Positions 36,968 to 47,872 of a stretch of 64,000 nucleotides of DNA are shown piece by piece; position 1 is the stretch's first letter, and each line of letters begins with the position of its first letter. Source of the stretch: an uncultured delta proteobacterium (GTDB lineage: Bacteria > Desulfobacterota > Desulfobacteria > Desulfobacterales > B30-G6); contig CAWGLD010000001.1 in NCBI GenBank assembly GCA_963823335.1, positions 800,001 to 864,000 of the forward strand, read 5' to 3'. The notes below the pieces were generated by a model, which saw nothing but the letters and a program-made list of their open reading frames with translations, was not told where the DNA came from and ran no database searches. The translations under genes and the position numbers were made by a program.

Positions 36968-39382
36968 ATGAAGCTAAGTCTCAACTGGCTGAAAACATTT
37001 GTTCCCATTGAATTGAAACCGGACGAACTCGCGGCAGCCCTCACCATGGCCGGACTCGAAGTGGATGCTGTATCCGATCGGTTTGAATATCTCAAGAGCG
37101 TCCTGGTCGGCCGTGTTGCAACTGTCAAAGACCACCCCAACGCAGACAGGCTGAAAGTCTGCGACGTGGAGATTGGCGAACGGACAGTGACAGTCGTTTG
37201 TGGCGCACCAAATGTCAGAGAGGGGATGTTATCACCCCTAGCACTTCCCGGCACCTGTTTCCCCAATGACAGAATTCTGGAAAAAGGGGTCATCCGGGGA
37301 GTCTCTTCGGAAGGAATGCTCTGCAGTGAAGCCGAGCTCCAGCTTGGCACAGATACATCCGGTATCATGACCCTGGGCGACAACCTCACCATAGGCGAAG
37401 CCCTTTCCAAAGCCTTGAACCTGTCGGACACCGTGATAGAAGTCGATCTGACGCCTAACCGTCCGGACTGCCTGAGCATGATCGGTACCGCCCGTGAAAT
37501 TGCCGCCATCGTAAAAAAAGAACTCTCCCACCCGGACACCACCCTTCCGGTTTCCGGAAAAGATATTCACGAGCGAACGTCCGTTACAGTGGACGCACCG
37601 GATCTCTGTCCCAGATATGCAGCGAGAATCATTGAAAACATCACGGTCGCGCCATCTCCTTTCTGGCTCCAGGAACGCCTTCGCTCAGTCGGGTTGAGAC
37701 CCATCAACAATATCGTGGATATCACCAATTTTGTTCTCATGGAGTACGGCCAGCCCTTGCACGCCTTCGACCTGGACAGCCTCGAAGAACGTAGGATTGT
37801 GGTGCGGACGGCGGCCGAAGGCGAGCTGTTTACAACACTCGATGAAAAAGAGAGAACCCTTTCAAAAGACATGCTGCTGATCTGTGATGGTAAAAAGCCC
37901 GTCGCCATAGCCGGTGTTATGGGGGGAATGAACTCCGAGATTGAGGCCAAAACCCGCAATGTCCTTCTGGAGAGTGCCTATTTCAATCCGGTAAGTATTC
38001 GCAAAACATCCAAAAACCTTGGTTTGAACACGGATGCATCTCATCGATTCGAACGGGGTATCGACCCTCAGGGAACCCTTGTAGCCCTTGACAGGGCAAC
38101 CCGGTTAATTGCAGAGCTTGGCAATGGCCACATTATAGACGGCCTAATCGACAAATGCGGAGACCTTCCACATCCACAGACTATCCTCCTGAGTACCAAA
38201 CAGACCAACCGGCTCCTTGGTACTGATTTCAACCGTAAGGAAATCCGCGACTTTCTGGTTTCCGTTGGATTCGATATCAGAGAAGACACGGCAGACATAC
38301 TCTCGGTCACGGCACCTTCTTTCCGGGTGGATATCAAAAGACCTGAGGATCTCATGGAAGAAGTGGCACGGCTTTCAGGTTACGACCACATACCCACCAC
38401 CTATCCATTGATCCCCGCCGAAGCAAGAACACCACAGACCGTCATCGACCATCGGCGGTATACCAAGGTCATCATGAACGGGTTTGGATTCGACGAAGCC
38501 ATCAATTACAGTTTTATGGACAAAATGGATTGTGACCGTCTCCTGCTCCATCCGGATGACTATCGACGGAGTCTGGTGGAGATTTTAAACCCCTTGACGG
38601 AAGACCAAACTGTCATGCGGTCTACCCTGCTCCCGGGACTTTTGAAATCTGCCCACCGAAACATCTCTCAGCAATCAAAGACCAGCCGGCTGTTTGAAAT
38701 AGGCAAGGTATTCATCGGCAAGGGCAAAACCCATCTGCCGGAAGAAATCGAAATATTGGCAGGACTCTGGACCGGATCGCGCACTGATCTTTTATGGAAT
38801 GTTCCCGAAACAGCCTGTGACTTCTATGATCTCAAAGGAGTTGTGGAAGGTTTTTTCACTGCACTCAAAATCAAGGGCATCTCATTCACGCGTATGCCTG
38901 TCGATACCTGTTCCTATATAAAGAACGGTTTTGCGGCGCTGCTTGTTACAGGCGACACACCCCTGGGCCTGGTGGGAGAACTGCACCCCCAGGTACTGAA
39001 GAACTATGGTCTGAAGCAGACAGCGTTTTATTTTGAGCTTGACATGAACCGGCTCTATGGCATGATACCTGAAGATCTGCAGGCCAGACCGATACCCAAA
39101 TATCCTGCCACGTCTCGAGACGTGACGGTCATTGTCGATCAGGACATCGAGTCCAGCAGCCTGCTGGATTTTATAAGAAATCTGAAGGAAGGGCTGGTGG
39201 AACAGCTTAGCATCTTTGATGTTTTTGCTGAAAAACCCATCCCCGCCGGCAAGAAAAGCGTCTCTTTCAGGATCGTCTACCGTTCCCATGAAGAGACATT
39301 GGAAGATGATACGGTAAACAATATTCACAAACGCCTATCCGAAAGGTTGATCGCTCATTTTAATGCTGCATTACCTGAGTAG
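36968..39382 (+). CDS. pheT: Phenylalanine--tRNA ligase beta subunit
   Basis: HPNADRL, VVCGAPN, LTPNRPDC, FERGID, EEVARL. Confidence 0.98.
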   Translation: MKLSLNWLKTFVPIELKPDELAAALTMAGLEVDAVSDRFEYLKSVLVGRVATVKDHPNADRLKVCDVEIGERTVTVVCGAPNVREGMLSPLALPGTCFPNDRILEKGVIRGVSSEGMLCSEAELQLGTDTSGIMTLGDNLTIGEALSKALNLSDTVIEVDLTPNRPDCLSMIGTAREIAAIVKKELSHPDTTLPVSGKDIHERTSVTVDAPDLCPRYAARIIENITVAPSPFWLQERLRSVGLRPINNIVDITNFVLMEYGQPLHAFDLDSLEERRIVVRTAAEGELFTTLDEKERTLSKDMLLICDGKKPVAIAGVMGGMNSEIEAKTRNVLLESAYFNPVSIRKTSKNLGLNTDASHRFERGIDPQGTLVALDRATRLIAELGNGHIIDGLIDKCGDLPHPQTILLSTKQTNRLLGTDFNRKEIRDFLVSVGFDIREDTADILSVTAPSFRVDIKRPEDLMEEVARLSGYDHIPTTYPLIPAEARTPQTVIDHRRYTKVIMNGFGFDEAINYSFMDKMDCDRLLLHPDDYRRSLVEILNPLTEDQTVMRSTLLPGLLKSAHRNISQQSKTSRLFEIGKVFIGKGKTHLPEEIEILAGLWTGSRTDLLWNVPETACDFYDLKGVVEGFFTALKIKGISFTRMPVDTCSYIKNGFAALLVTGDTPLGLVGELHPQVLKNYGLKQTAFYFELDMNRLYGMIPEDLQARPIPKYPATSRDVTVIVDQDIESSSLLDFIRNLKEGLVEQLSIFDVFAEKPIPAGKKSVSFRIVYRSHEETLEDDTVNNIHKRLSERLIAHFNAALPE

Positions 39383-39390
39383 GGAGCCTT

Positions 39391-39729
39391 ATGAAACAGA
39401 CAGCGGTTTCAATCCCTGACAAACTCTATTTTAAAATTGGAGAAGTCTCCGAACTTCTCGGGCTGCCGACACATGTCCTCCGCTTCTGGGAAACGGAGTT
39501 CAAGAAAATCAAGCCCAAGCGTACGTCTTCAGGTCAGCGTCTATACCGTAAAAACGATGTTGCTTTTATTCTCAAGATTAAACATCTCCTCTATGAGAAG
39601 GGATTTACCATATCAGGTGCCCGGCAACATTTAAGAAGTAAACAGGATTTCGTAGAAGAGCTACCGCAGACATTATCCGTCAGCGAACTTCGCCACGAGC
39701 TTGAACAGATCAGGGAGCTTATTAAATAG
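39391..39729 (+). CDS. MerR-family HTH regulator
   Basis: PDKLYFKIGEVS...HVLRFWETEF...KPKR..GQRLY. Confidence 0.9.
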   Translation: MKQTAVSIPDKLYFKIGEVSELLGLPTHVLRFWETEFKKIKPKRTSSGQRLYRKNDVAFILKIKHLLYEKGFTISGARQHLRSKQDFVEELPQTLSVSELRHELEQIRELIK

Positions 39730-39794
39730 TTCCCGTTATTAAGAAAAATCATTGACAGGTTACACTTTTTGTCTTAATTATTCTTTTCTGGAAA

Positions 39795-39870
39795 GCGGGC
39801 ATAGCTCAGCTGGTAGAGTACAAGCTTCCCAAGCTTGGTGTCGCGAGTTCGAATCTCGTTGCCCGCTCCA
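39795..39870 (+). tRNA. tRNA-Gly (anticodon CCC)
   Basis: GCGGGCA/TGCCCGC acceptor, caagc-ttCCCaa-gcttg, GTTCGAATC, U73, CCA. Confidence 0.97.
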
Positions 39871-40058
39871 TGAATGCCCGGCTTTTCAAAGGCAGTATGG
39901 TATATCGGGAAAAGCACTTTTGTCTATGAACGTTGTGTAATTTTTTTCGAATGGTTATGGCTATGAACTGACAAGATTTTATCGACCGAAAGAACTTTCA
40001 TAGATGAGGAGAAACGGGCTTTTGCCCGTTTTTTATTGGACAATAAACGTTGCAGGAC

Positions 40059-40595
40059 ATGAAACAAAAGAAAATAAAAAACCGTATTAATAAAAAGAAT
40101 CCGCGACAGCAGGCCGCTGCCACCCTGTCTGACAGGGCGTTTCTTGCCAGTGTAAACCGCCTGGTGGAGCCTGTTTGCGATGCGGAAGGACTTGAGTTGG
40201 TTCATACAGAATATCAAATGGAACCCGGTGGAAAGGTGCTTCGACTGTATATTGACAAGCCCGACGGCATCAGCATTGACGATTGCGCCGCTATCAGTCG
40301 TCAGGTGAGCGATCTGCTGGACATATATGTCCAAAGTGACCATCGCTACCGTCTGGAGGTTTCGTCACCAGGATCGAATCGGCCGCTTACCAAGCAGGAT
40401 GATTTCCATCGCTTTAAAGGCCAATCGGTCCGAATACAATCTTCCCGTTCGATTGATGGACAGAAAAATTTTAAAGGAACGTTAACAGACATTAAAGATG
40501 GGATCGTAACGCTGACGGTTGTGGAAAATTCTGTGGCTATCCCCTTTGAGGACATAACCAAAGCGCGACTTATCAACTATTCTGGAGAAAACTGA
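40059..40595 (+). CDS. rimP: Ribosome maturation factor RimP
   Basis: LRLYIDK.DGISIDDC, YRLEVSSPG.NRPL. Confidence 0.95.
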   Translation: MKQKKIKNRINKKNPRQQAAATLSDRAFLASVNRLVEPVCDAEGLELVHTEYQMEPGGKVLRLYIDKPDGISIDDCAAISRQVSDLLDIYVQSDHRYRLEVSSPGSNRPLTKQDDFHRFKGQSVRIQSSRSIDGQKNFKGTLTDIKDGIVTLTVVENSVAIPFEDITKARLINYSGEN

Positions 40596-41989
40596 TGTTT
40601 ATTGCAGATATCAAACGAGTTGTCGAACAGATCAGCAGGGAAAAAGGCATCAACGTCGAGGTACTAATAAAGGCATTGGAAGAAGCCCTGAGGTCGGCTG
40701 CCAAGAAAAAATTCGGCAACAAGGTCGACATCGAAGCCCAGTACTATGAAGAAACAGGCGAGATAGAAGTTTTCCAGTTCAAGGAAGTTGTCGAAACGTT
40801 GACCGAACCGGAAACCCAAATCAGTTTTGAAGAAGGCCGTGAATTGGATCCCGATTGCCAAATCGGAGACAGTCTGGGCACCAAAATGGATGCTACGACA
40901 TTTGGCCGGATTGCCGCCCAGTCGGCAAAACAGGTTATCATTCAAAAAATGAAGGATGCTGAAAGAGATGTCGTCTATTCCAGTTTCATCGATCGTAAAG
41001 GTGACATTGTCAACGGTATTGTTCAGCGGGTCGATCGCGGGGACATCATCGTCAACCTTGGCCACACCGAAGGTGTTCTGCCAAGCCGGGAACAGGTGCC
41101 CAGAGAGTCTTATCGCCGCGGTGATCGGATTCGTGCGCTTATATTGGATGTCCTGCATGAATCGCGGGGCCCGCAAATTCTCTTGTCCAGAACACATCCG
41201 GATTTTCTGGTACACCTGTTCAAGACGGAAGTGCCTGAAATCAGCGAGGGTATCGTCGAAATCAAGGGTGCCGCAAGGGAACCTGGCGTCCGGGCCAAGT
41301 TCGCGGTTTCATCCAACGACTCGGATATCGACCCTGTTGGTGCATGTGTCGGGATGAAAGGTTCGCGTGTCCAGAATGTCGTCCAGGAACTACGCGGCGA
41401 AAAAATAGATATTATCCCCTGGCATGTGGATGCCGCCAAATTTGTGTGCAACGCGTTGGCACCCGCTGAGATATCCAGAGTGATTATCGATGAAGATAAC
41501 AAGTCCATGGAGGTAATCGTTCCGGATGAATTTCTCTCCGTAGCCATTGGAAAGCGCGGTCAAAATGTGAGACTCGCCTCCAAACTGACCGGCTGGCACC
41601 TGGATGTCAACAGTGAGTCCAGTTACAGCGAAGCCATGAAGAGCGGATATGACTCTCTGGTCGCACTACCGGGTGTGGGCATTAGCATGGCGGATTCGCT
41701 CTTCGAAAAAGGGCTCTATTCAGCCGAGGAACTCATCAAAGTCTCTGTAGACGATCTTACTCAAATACGGGGCATCGGAGAAGAAAAAGCAGCGACGTTG
41801 ATCAAAAACGCACAAAATTATCTGGCTGACGTAAAACAGACCGCCGCTTTAGAAAAACAGGAACGTTTGGATGCAGAGACAACAGCCGACACGGTGTCCC
41901 AAGACCCGGAAACTGTTTCTGATGAAGATTCGAAGGACAGCACTGAGAACAATGAGAGCGCGGAAGCGAAAAACACTCAAGAAAATTAA
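40595..41989 (+). CDS. nusA: Transcription factor NusA
   Basis: FGRIAAQSAKQ, EVPEI, DPVGACVG, AIGKRGQNVRLA. Confidence 0.98.
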   Translation: MFIADIKRVVEQISREKGINVEVLIKALEEALRSAAKKKFGNKVDIEAQYYEETGEIEVFQFKEVVETLTEPETQISFEEGRELDPDCQIGDSLGTKMDATTFGRIAAQSAKQVIIQKMKDAERDVVYSSFIDRKGDIVNGIVQRVDRGDIIVNLGHTEGVLPSREQVPRESYRRGDRIRALILDVLHESRGPQILLSRTHPDFLVHLFKTEVPEISEGIVEIKGAAREPGVRAKFAVSSNDSDIDPVGACVGMKGSRVQNVVQELRGEKIDIIPWHVDAAKFVCNALAPAEISRVIIDEDNKSMEVIVPDEFLSVAIGKRGQNVRLASKLTGWHLDVNSESSYSEAMKSGYDSLVALPGVGISMADSLFEKGLYSAEELIKVSVDDLTQIRGIGEEKAATLIKNAQNYLADVKQTAALEKQERLDAETTADTVSQDPETVSDEDSKDSTENNESAEAKNTQEN

Positions 41990-42026
41990 GCGTACTTTTT
42001 TATCACGTGAAGGTTAAGGGGGATGG

Positions 42027-44648
42027 ATGGGAAAGATCAGGATATATGAACTTGCCCGGGAATTAAACATGACCAACACCGAGCTGGTCGACAGGCTTCA
42101 TGAGATTGAATACCCTGTAAAAAGCCACATGAGTTCCATTGACGAATTGGATCTGCCGGATCTCAAGGCAAAACTCAGTGGTAAAAAGAAACCGGCAAAG
42201 CTGGAAGAAAAGCGAATCAAGCCGACCGTCATACGCAGGCGCCGGGTCAAAACCGTCAAAAAACCCGAGGCCGTCAAGACTCCCTCTCAGCCGGAACTAC
42301 CTGAAAAAGAAGCAATTCCCGCGGCTGTCGAAGAAATAAAAGACACACCGGTCCTAAAGGAAGAGGCACCAATAGAAACCACCGTGGAAACGCCTGCGGA
42401 GGTTGTTGCCGCTGACGAGACAGTCTTGCCGGATGAGACCGTTGTACCAGACGAAACTGTTGCGGAACCCGAAAAAAAAGAGGCGCCCAAAGCAAAAAAG
42501 CCCGCGCCTGTCAAGCCGCTAAAAAAGAAAAAGAAAGAGACACCGGCAAAAATTATCAAGCCGCCCCCGCCGCCCAAAGAAACAGACCCGGCAGAAGCCC
42601 AGCAAACACCTGCCAAACCGAAACAACCAGCTCGCGGGCCCATTGCTGCAAAACCTGCTCCATCCGCTCAAGAGCCATCCTTAAAAGACAAGAAAAAGAA
42701 AGGACGCAAGAAAACAGAGCCCGAGGAGCCGGATAAAAAATTCTTTAAAAAGAAGATCGCTTTCCGGAAAAAAGAAGTGGTCGAGGGCAAAGATCTCTAT
42801 TCAGGCAGTTCCAAACGTCTGCGCAAGGGTAAAAAGGGCGCCAAATCCAAAATGGAAAGGGGCTTGAAGCCGCAGATTACAACGCCAAAAGCCATCAAAC
42901 GTCGGGTCAAAATAGATGATACCATCATTTTGGCAGAGTTGGCCAAACGGATGGGAATCAAGGCCAACGAAATGATCGCCAAGTTGATGAGCCTGGGTGT
43001 CATGGCGACGGTCAATCAAACCATCGACTTCGATACGGCTGTTCTTGTTTCCACGGAGTTTGGATATGAACTGGAAAAGGCATCCTTTGAAGAAGATAAT
43101 TTACTCAAAGCCGTCGAGGATGACCCCAAAAATCTCACCGTGAGACCTCCTGTGGTAACCATCATGGGCCATGTGGACCACGGAAAGACCTCCTTGCTGG
43201 ATGTTATTCGAAAAACAAGAGTAACAGAGCTCGAGGCCGGTGGTATTACACAACATATCGGTGCATACAATGTCACCACGCCAAAGGGACAGGTTGTATT
43301 CCTCGACACCCCCGGACATGAAGCTTTTTCAGCCATGCGGTCACGTGGTGCAAAAATAACGGATATCGTTGTTCTCGTAGTTGCTGCCGACGATGGTGTC
43401 ATGCCGCAAACCATCGAAGCCATCAATCACTCCAAGGCTGCCGGTGTACCCATAATTGTGGCTGTCAACAAGATCGACAAAGACAATGCAGATACGGAAC
43501 GTGTTCTGAGAGAGCTGTCTGAAAACGGTCTGGTAACCGAAGAATGGGGTGGTGATACCATCTTCGTGAAGGTTTCAGCAAAGAAAAACATCGGTATTGA
43601 TGACCTGCTCGAAATGATCCTCCTGCAAACGGAAATGCTGGAATTGAAGGCCAATGCAGACAAACTGGCCAGGGGTCATGTTGTGGAGGCCAAACTCGAT
43701 GCCGGCCGAGGACCGGTCGCCACTGTTCTGATCCAGGAAGGAACGCTTCGCGCCGGTGACTCCGTTGTGTGCGGTATACACTATGGAAAACTTCGGGCGC
43801 TCTTGAATGATCTCGGGCAGCAGGTCTCTTCGGCCGGACCGTCCATGCCGGTTGAGATCATCGGCCTGTCAGGCGTGCCCTCGGCCGGGGATGAACTCGT
43901 TTCCGTAACCGATGAAAAAGATGCCAAACAGATCAGCCAACACAGGGTCCGTAAACAACGCTCGGTTGATTTAGCCAAAACCAGCCGTCTGAGTCTGGAC
44001 GGCCTGTTCGAAAAAATGAAAGCCGGCGAGGTAAAAGACCTCAATCTGATCCTGAAGGGAGATGTTCACGGATCCATCGAAGCGCTCAAGGAATCTCTCT
44101 CCAGTCTCAGCAATAATGAAGTCAATATTAACATCGTTCATGGCGCCACCGGTACCATCACCGAATCCGATATCTCTCTGGCCGCCGTATCCAATGCCAT
44201 TATCGTGGGCTTCAATGTGCGTTCCAGTTCAAAGGTACAGGAAATGGCCAATGAAGAGCAGGTCGACATTCGCTACCACAATGTCATTTATGATGTGATC
44301 AAAGAAATCCGGGATGCCATGCTGGGATTGATGTCTTCGACATTTAAAGATAGAACCCAGGGATGGGCGGAAATCCGCGATGTTTTCAATATTCCCAAAA
44401 TAGGTACCATTGCGGGTAGTTATGTCACCGAAGGCAGCTTTGAAAGAGGCAAGCTGGTTCGGTTGCTGCGGGACGGCATCATCATCTATGAAGGAAAACT
44501 TTCTTCCCTAAGAAGGTTCAAGGACGATGTCAAAGAAGTTCAGAACGGTTATGAGTGCGGTATCGGCATCGAAAATTTCAACGATATCAAGATCGGCGAT
44601 ACCCTGGAGTGCTATTATAAAGAAGAAATCAAGCCGGAATTGGATTAA
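42027..44648 (+). CDS. infB: Translation initiation factor IF-2
   Basis: [37 protein letters not shown]. Confidence 0.98.
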   Translation: MGKIRIYELARELNMTNTELVDRLHEIEYPVKSHMSSIDELDLPDLKAKLSGKKKPAKLEEKRIKPTVIRRRRVKTVKKPEAVKTPSQPELPEKEAIPAAVEEIKDTPVLKEEAPIETTVETPAEVVAADETVLPDETVVPDETVAEPEKKEAPKAKKPAPVKPLKKKKKETPAKIIKPPPPPKETDPAEAQQTPAKPKQPARGPIAAKPAPSAQEPSLKDKKKKGRKKTEPEEPDKKFFKKKIAFRKKEVVEGKDLYSGSSKRLRKGKKGAKSKMERGLKPQITTPKAIKRRVKIDDTIILAELAKRMGIKANEMIAKLMSLGVMATVNQTIDFDTAVLVSTEFGYELEKASFEEDNLLKAVEDDPKNLTVRPPVVTIMGHVDHGKTSLLDVIRKTRVTELEAGGITQHIGAYNVTTPKGQVVFLDTPGHEAFSAMRSRGAKITDIVVLVVAADDGVMPQTIEAINHSKAAGVPIIVAVNKIDKDNADTERVLRELSENGLVTEEWGGDTIFVKVSAKKNIGIDDLLEMILLQTEMLELKANADKLARGHVVEAKLDAGRGPVATVLIQEGTLRAGDSVVCGIHYGKLRALLNDLGQQVSSAGPSMPVEIIGLSGVPSAGDELVSVTDEKDAKQISQHRVRKQRSVDLAKTSRLSLDGLFEKMKAGEVKDLNLILKGDVHGSIEALKESLSSLSNNEVNINIVHGATGTITESDISLAAVSNAIIVGFNVRSSSKVQEMANEEQVDIRYHNVIYDVIKEIRDAMLGLMSSTFKDRTQGWAEIRDVFNIPKIGTIAGSYVTEGSFERGKLVRLLRDGIIIYEGKLSSLRRFKDDVKEVQNGYECGIGIENFNDIKIGDTLECYYKEEIKPELD

Positions 44649-44656
44649 AAGACCGG

Positions 44657-44742
44657 TTTTAGGTTTGAAGTGTTACGTTTTAGGTTTGAGCTCCAGCTCT
44701 GTAGAACTTATGAACCTAACACCTAAAACTTAACACTTAACA
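44657..44742. repeat. Head-to-head 7-mer arrays (GTTTTAG.../...AACACTT)
   Basis: gttttaggtttgaagtgttacgttttaggtttgag ... aacctaacacctaaaacttaacacttaacac. Confidence 0.7.
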
Positions 44743-44754
44743 CGGACGTTTGAA

Positions 44755-45042
44755 ATGGTCGTTGGTTTAGGCATTGTCACTTTCCGGATTCATGGGTGCC
44801 GCTCGTTGAAAGAAAAAAGGAGTATCGTTAAGTCACTGGTTCGACAGGTTCAAAATAATTTTAACGCTTCTGTGGCCGAAGTAGGCGCTCATGACATCTA
44901 TCAAAAAACGGAAATCGGTTTTTCACTGGTGGGCACAGATCAGCGGGTCGTTAACTCAAAAAGCGATAAGATTTTAAATATGCTCGAGGGCATGGGTTTG
45001 GCGGAACTCATCGACAGTGAACTGGAGATTATCCATCTATGA
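44755..45042 (+). CDS. DUF503 (YlxP-like) protein
   Basis: MVVG...SLKEKR...FNASVAEV; usual position between infB and rbfA. Confidence 0.9.
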   Translation: MVVGLGIVTFRIHGCRSLKEKRSIVKSLVRQVQNNFNASVAEVGAHDIYQKTEIGFSLVGTDQRVVNSKSDKILNMLEGMGLAELIDSELEIIHL

Positions 45043-45422
45043 ATATGAAGCCATTTTCGCGTTCAGAAAGGGTCGGGGGCGTGATACAAAAAGTCCTTTC
45101 AGAACTTCTCCACAAAGACATCAGTGATCCGCGGCTTGAAAATGCAACGATTACAGGTGTTAAAATGGGACCGGATCTGAAAACCGCCTATATTTATTAT
45201 TCAACCTATCTGGGGGACAAGGAAAATGCGGACATAGCCCAAGGCTTTCAAAGTGCTAAAGGATATGTCAAGCGGCATCTTGCCGGCAAACTCGGGCTTC
45301 GCTATATGCCGGAACTCAAGTTTATTTATGATACGTCGTTTGACTACGGCATGAAGATAGAAAAACTACTGAAATCGGTTGCACCCGAAAATGAAACAGA
45401 TCATTCAACAACTGAAAAATAG
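45039..45422 (+). CDS. rbfA: Ribosome-binding factor A
   Basis: RSERV, DPRL, DLK.A, LRYMPELKFIYD. Confidence 0.95.
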   Translation: MNMKPFSRSERVGGVIQKVLSELLHKDISDPRLENATITGVKMGPDLKTAYIYYSTYLGDKENADIAQGFQSAKGYVKRHLAGKLGLRYMPELKFIYDTSFDYGMKIEKLLKSVAPENETDHSTTEK

Positions 45423-46362
45423 TCGCAGCGTTCTGATCGCTTCTCATATCAATCCGGATGGGGATGCCCTGGGATCTCTCTTGGCTCTGGGTCTGGCAAT
45501 GGACGTCTTAAACATAAAAGCGACCTTATACAATGAAAGCGACATCCCGGCTGTTTACCGTTTCCTACCGGAGATCGGCCGCATTCAAAACCAGATCAGT
45601 CGGGTTCATGCCTATGAAACAGCTATTATTCTTGACTGTAGCAATCTGGATCGTATCGGCCGCGCCACCGACATCGTCACGCAGATTCCCATGATTATCA
45701 ACATCGATCACCACGCCACCAACACGCATTTCGGTGAACGCCTTCTCATCGATGACAAGGCCTGTGCAACGGCTGAACTCGTTTTCCGTCTGCTGAAAGA
45801 GATGGCGATACCCATCAGTCTTGCCATGGCAACATCCATCTACACCGGAATCGTTACCGACACCGGGTCCTTTCGCTTCTCGAATACCAATGCTTCCGCT
45901 TTTGAGATATGCAACCAGATGGTTCAACTGGGTGTTAAACCGATTCATATTGCCCAGCATCTGCATGGACCCTATTCTCTGGGTCGCATCAAACTGTTGA
46001 ACCAGGCCCTCGAATCGATCGAAATATCAAATAACGGAAGTCTTTCCCTGATGACCCTTACCCAGAAAATGCTAAGGGATACCGGGACACAACCCGGAGA
46101 TGCAGAAGGGCTGATCCATTACGCCCGCAGGATAGAAGACGTCAAGATGGCCGCGTTGATACAGGAACAAGCCAACGGCAGAAAGCATGCCACGGCAGAC
46201 AAAAAATATCATGTGAGTCTCCGGTCGAACGGATCAATCGATGTCGCCGCCATTGCATCCACATTCGGCGGGGGGGGGCATCCGAGTGCGGCTGGGTTCA
46301 GTATCGAGTCCACGATTAAGAAAATAAAGGAAACCATCAAAGCAATTCCGGAAATAAATTAA
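45391..46362 (+). CDS. nrnA: DHH-family oligoribonuclease/PAP phosphatase NrnA
   Basis: HINPDGDALGS, IDHH, TDTGSF, GGGGHPSAAG. Confidence 0.9.
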   Translation: MKQIIQQLKNSRSVLIASHINPDGDALGSLLALGLAMDVLNIKATLYNESDIPAVYRFLPEIGRIQNQISRVHAYETAIILDCSNLDRIGRATDIVTQIPMIINIDHHATNTHFGERLLIDDKACATAELVFRLLKEMAIPISLAMATSIYTGIVTDTGSFRFSNTNASAFEICNQMVQLGVKPIHIAQHLHGPYSLGRIKLLNQALESIEISNNGSLSLMTLTQKMLRDTGTQPGDAEGLIHYARRIEDVKMAALIQEQANGRKHATADKKYHVSLRSNGSIDVAAIASTFGGGGHPSAAGFSIESTIKKIKETIKAIPEIN

Positions 46363-46367
46363 ATTAG

Positions 46368-47276
46368 ATGTCTTTCGATCAGCATGGATTTGTCGTTATC
46401 GACAAACCGGAAAACCTGTCCTCTGCACGCGTTGTATCGCGGGTAAAAAGGACTCTCAAAGCCAAAAAAGTCGGCCATGCAGGTACGCTCGATCCCTTTG
46501 CAACCGGCGTGATGATCTGCTGTGTCAACCGCGCCACCCGGCTGGCCAGATTTTTTCTGGGAGGAGATAAAAAGTACGAAGCACTGCTTCATCTGGGCAT
46601 AGAAACCGATACGCTGGATGCTACTGGTCATATAACATCGGAAAGACACGTTCCGGATTGTCCAGAGACTGAAATTCAAGCTGTGTTCAGATCTTTTACT
46701 GGACTGCTCGAGCAGGTGCCGCCTGTTTATTCTGCCTTGAAGCACAACGGGGTACCCCTGTACAAATACGCGCGGCGTGGAAAACCGATTCAAAAACCGG
46801 CGCGACAGATTATGATTTTGGGTTTAGATATAACCGATATTCATCTGCCCTATATCCAGTTTGAGGTGACCTGCTCTGCAGGAACGTATATTCGAACACT
46901 CGCAGCCGACATCGGCACTGCATTCGGTTGCGGTGGACATTTAAAAAAGTTGAGACGCACCCAAAGCTCTGGTTTTTCGATTGCCGATGCAATGACACTG
47001 GAAACATTTGAGGGGCGTGCGACGGGCGAAGCGTTTTCCCGGTATGCTGTGGGGTTAAGGGAAGCACTCAGGTATATGCCGGAATGGACGGCCGGCAGAG
47101 ACTTGAAAAACAAAATCGTCAATGGCGTTCCATTGACGCAAAAGGATATTATCCTGGAAGAAACACCAGACCAGGGCAAATTTATTAAAATTATCGATGA
47201 CGGCAGAGAGCTTCTCGCTGTGATTGAACGAAATGAAACAGCTGGAAAATACAATTACTGCTGTGTTTTCAACTGA
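46368..47276 (+). CDS. truB: tRNA pseudouridine(55) synthase
   Basis: KVGHAGTLDPFATG, PPVYSALK, CSAGTYIR. Confidence 0.97.
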   Translation: MSFDQHGFVVIDKPENLSSARVVSRVKRTLKAKKVGHAGTLDPFATGVMICCVNRATRLARFFLGGDKKYEALLHLGIETDTLDATGHITSERHVPDCPETEIQAVFRSFTGLLEQVPPVYSALKHNGVPLYKYARRGKPIQKPARQIMILGLDITDIHLPYIQFEVTCSAGTYIRTLAADIGTAFGCGGHLKKLRRTQSSGFSIADAMTLETFEGRATGEAFSRYAVGLREALRYMPEWTAGRDLKNKIVNGVPLTQKDIILEETPDQGKFIKIIDDGRELLAVIERNETAGKYNYCCVFN

Positions 47277-47393
47277 GTCAACTACCACCCGTGAAACGGG
47301 TGGCTTGGATTTCCCCCAAAATGGGGAAAAACAAAGGAGACGGCACGTCTCCGTAAGTTCAGGTTCGGAACCGCGTGCCAAGCACGCGGTTTG
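47277..47393 (+). other. IS200/IS605 (HEARO/omegaRNA-like) end hairpin plus three further hairpins
   Basis: GTCAACTACCACCCG-TGAAA-CGGGTGGCTTG immediately after the truB TGA; then ttcccc/ggggaa, ggagac/gtctcc, aaccgcgtgc/gcacgcggtt. Confidence 0.5.
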
Positions 47394-47502
47394 TAGAACA
47401 ATCAAAGAAAAAATGCCGTTTTTAACTTTCTCTATTTCGCGTATTCATAATTAATGCTATTTTCCATAACAAACAAATTCTTAAATAGGAGGCTTAAAGA
47501 AA

Positions 47503-47772
47503 GTGGTGTTTACAACAGAAAATAAAAAAGAACTGATCGATCAGTATAAGACCCATGACAGTGATACCGGATCGCCTGAGGTTCAGGTCGGTCTTCTGAC
47601 TCACCGCATCACCTACCTGACCGAGCATCTCAAGATACACAAGAAAGACCACCATTCCAGAAGAGGATTGCTGAAGATGGTCGGCCAGCGGCGAAGACTT
47701 TTAAATTATGTTAAAAACAACGATGTTAAACGATACCGATCCATCATTGAAGCTCTGGGGCTTCGACGATAA
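47503..47772 (+). CDS. rpsO: 30S ribosomal protein S15
   Basis: [19 protein letters not shown]. Confidence 0.98.
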   Translation: MVFTTENKKELIDQYKTHDSDTGSPEVQVGLLTHRITYLTEHLKIHKKDHHSRRGLLKMVGQRRRLLNYVKNNDVKRYRSIIEALGLRR

Positions 47773-47872
47773 GGTCAAACTATAAACAAATCTTCAGTTT
47801 AGGGTCTCAGACCTGTCGACGATGTTTTTGCATCACGACTGTGCGCCCTTGCAACTGAGTTAGGAACACTAT

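Noticed and set aside
42413-42465. DETV(L/V)P triple repeat in IF-2
   Set aside because: Ordinary low-complexity variation in the IF-2 N-terminal linker.
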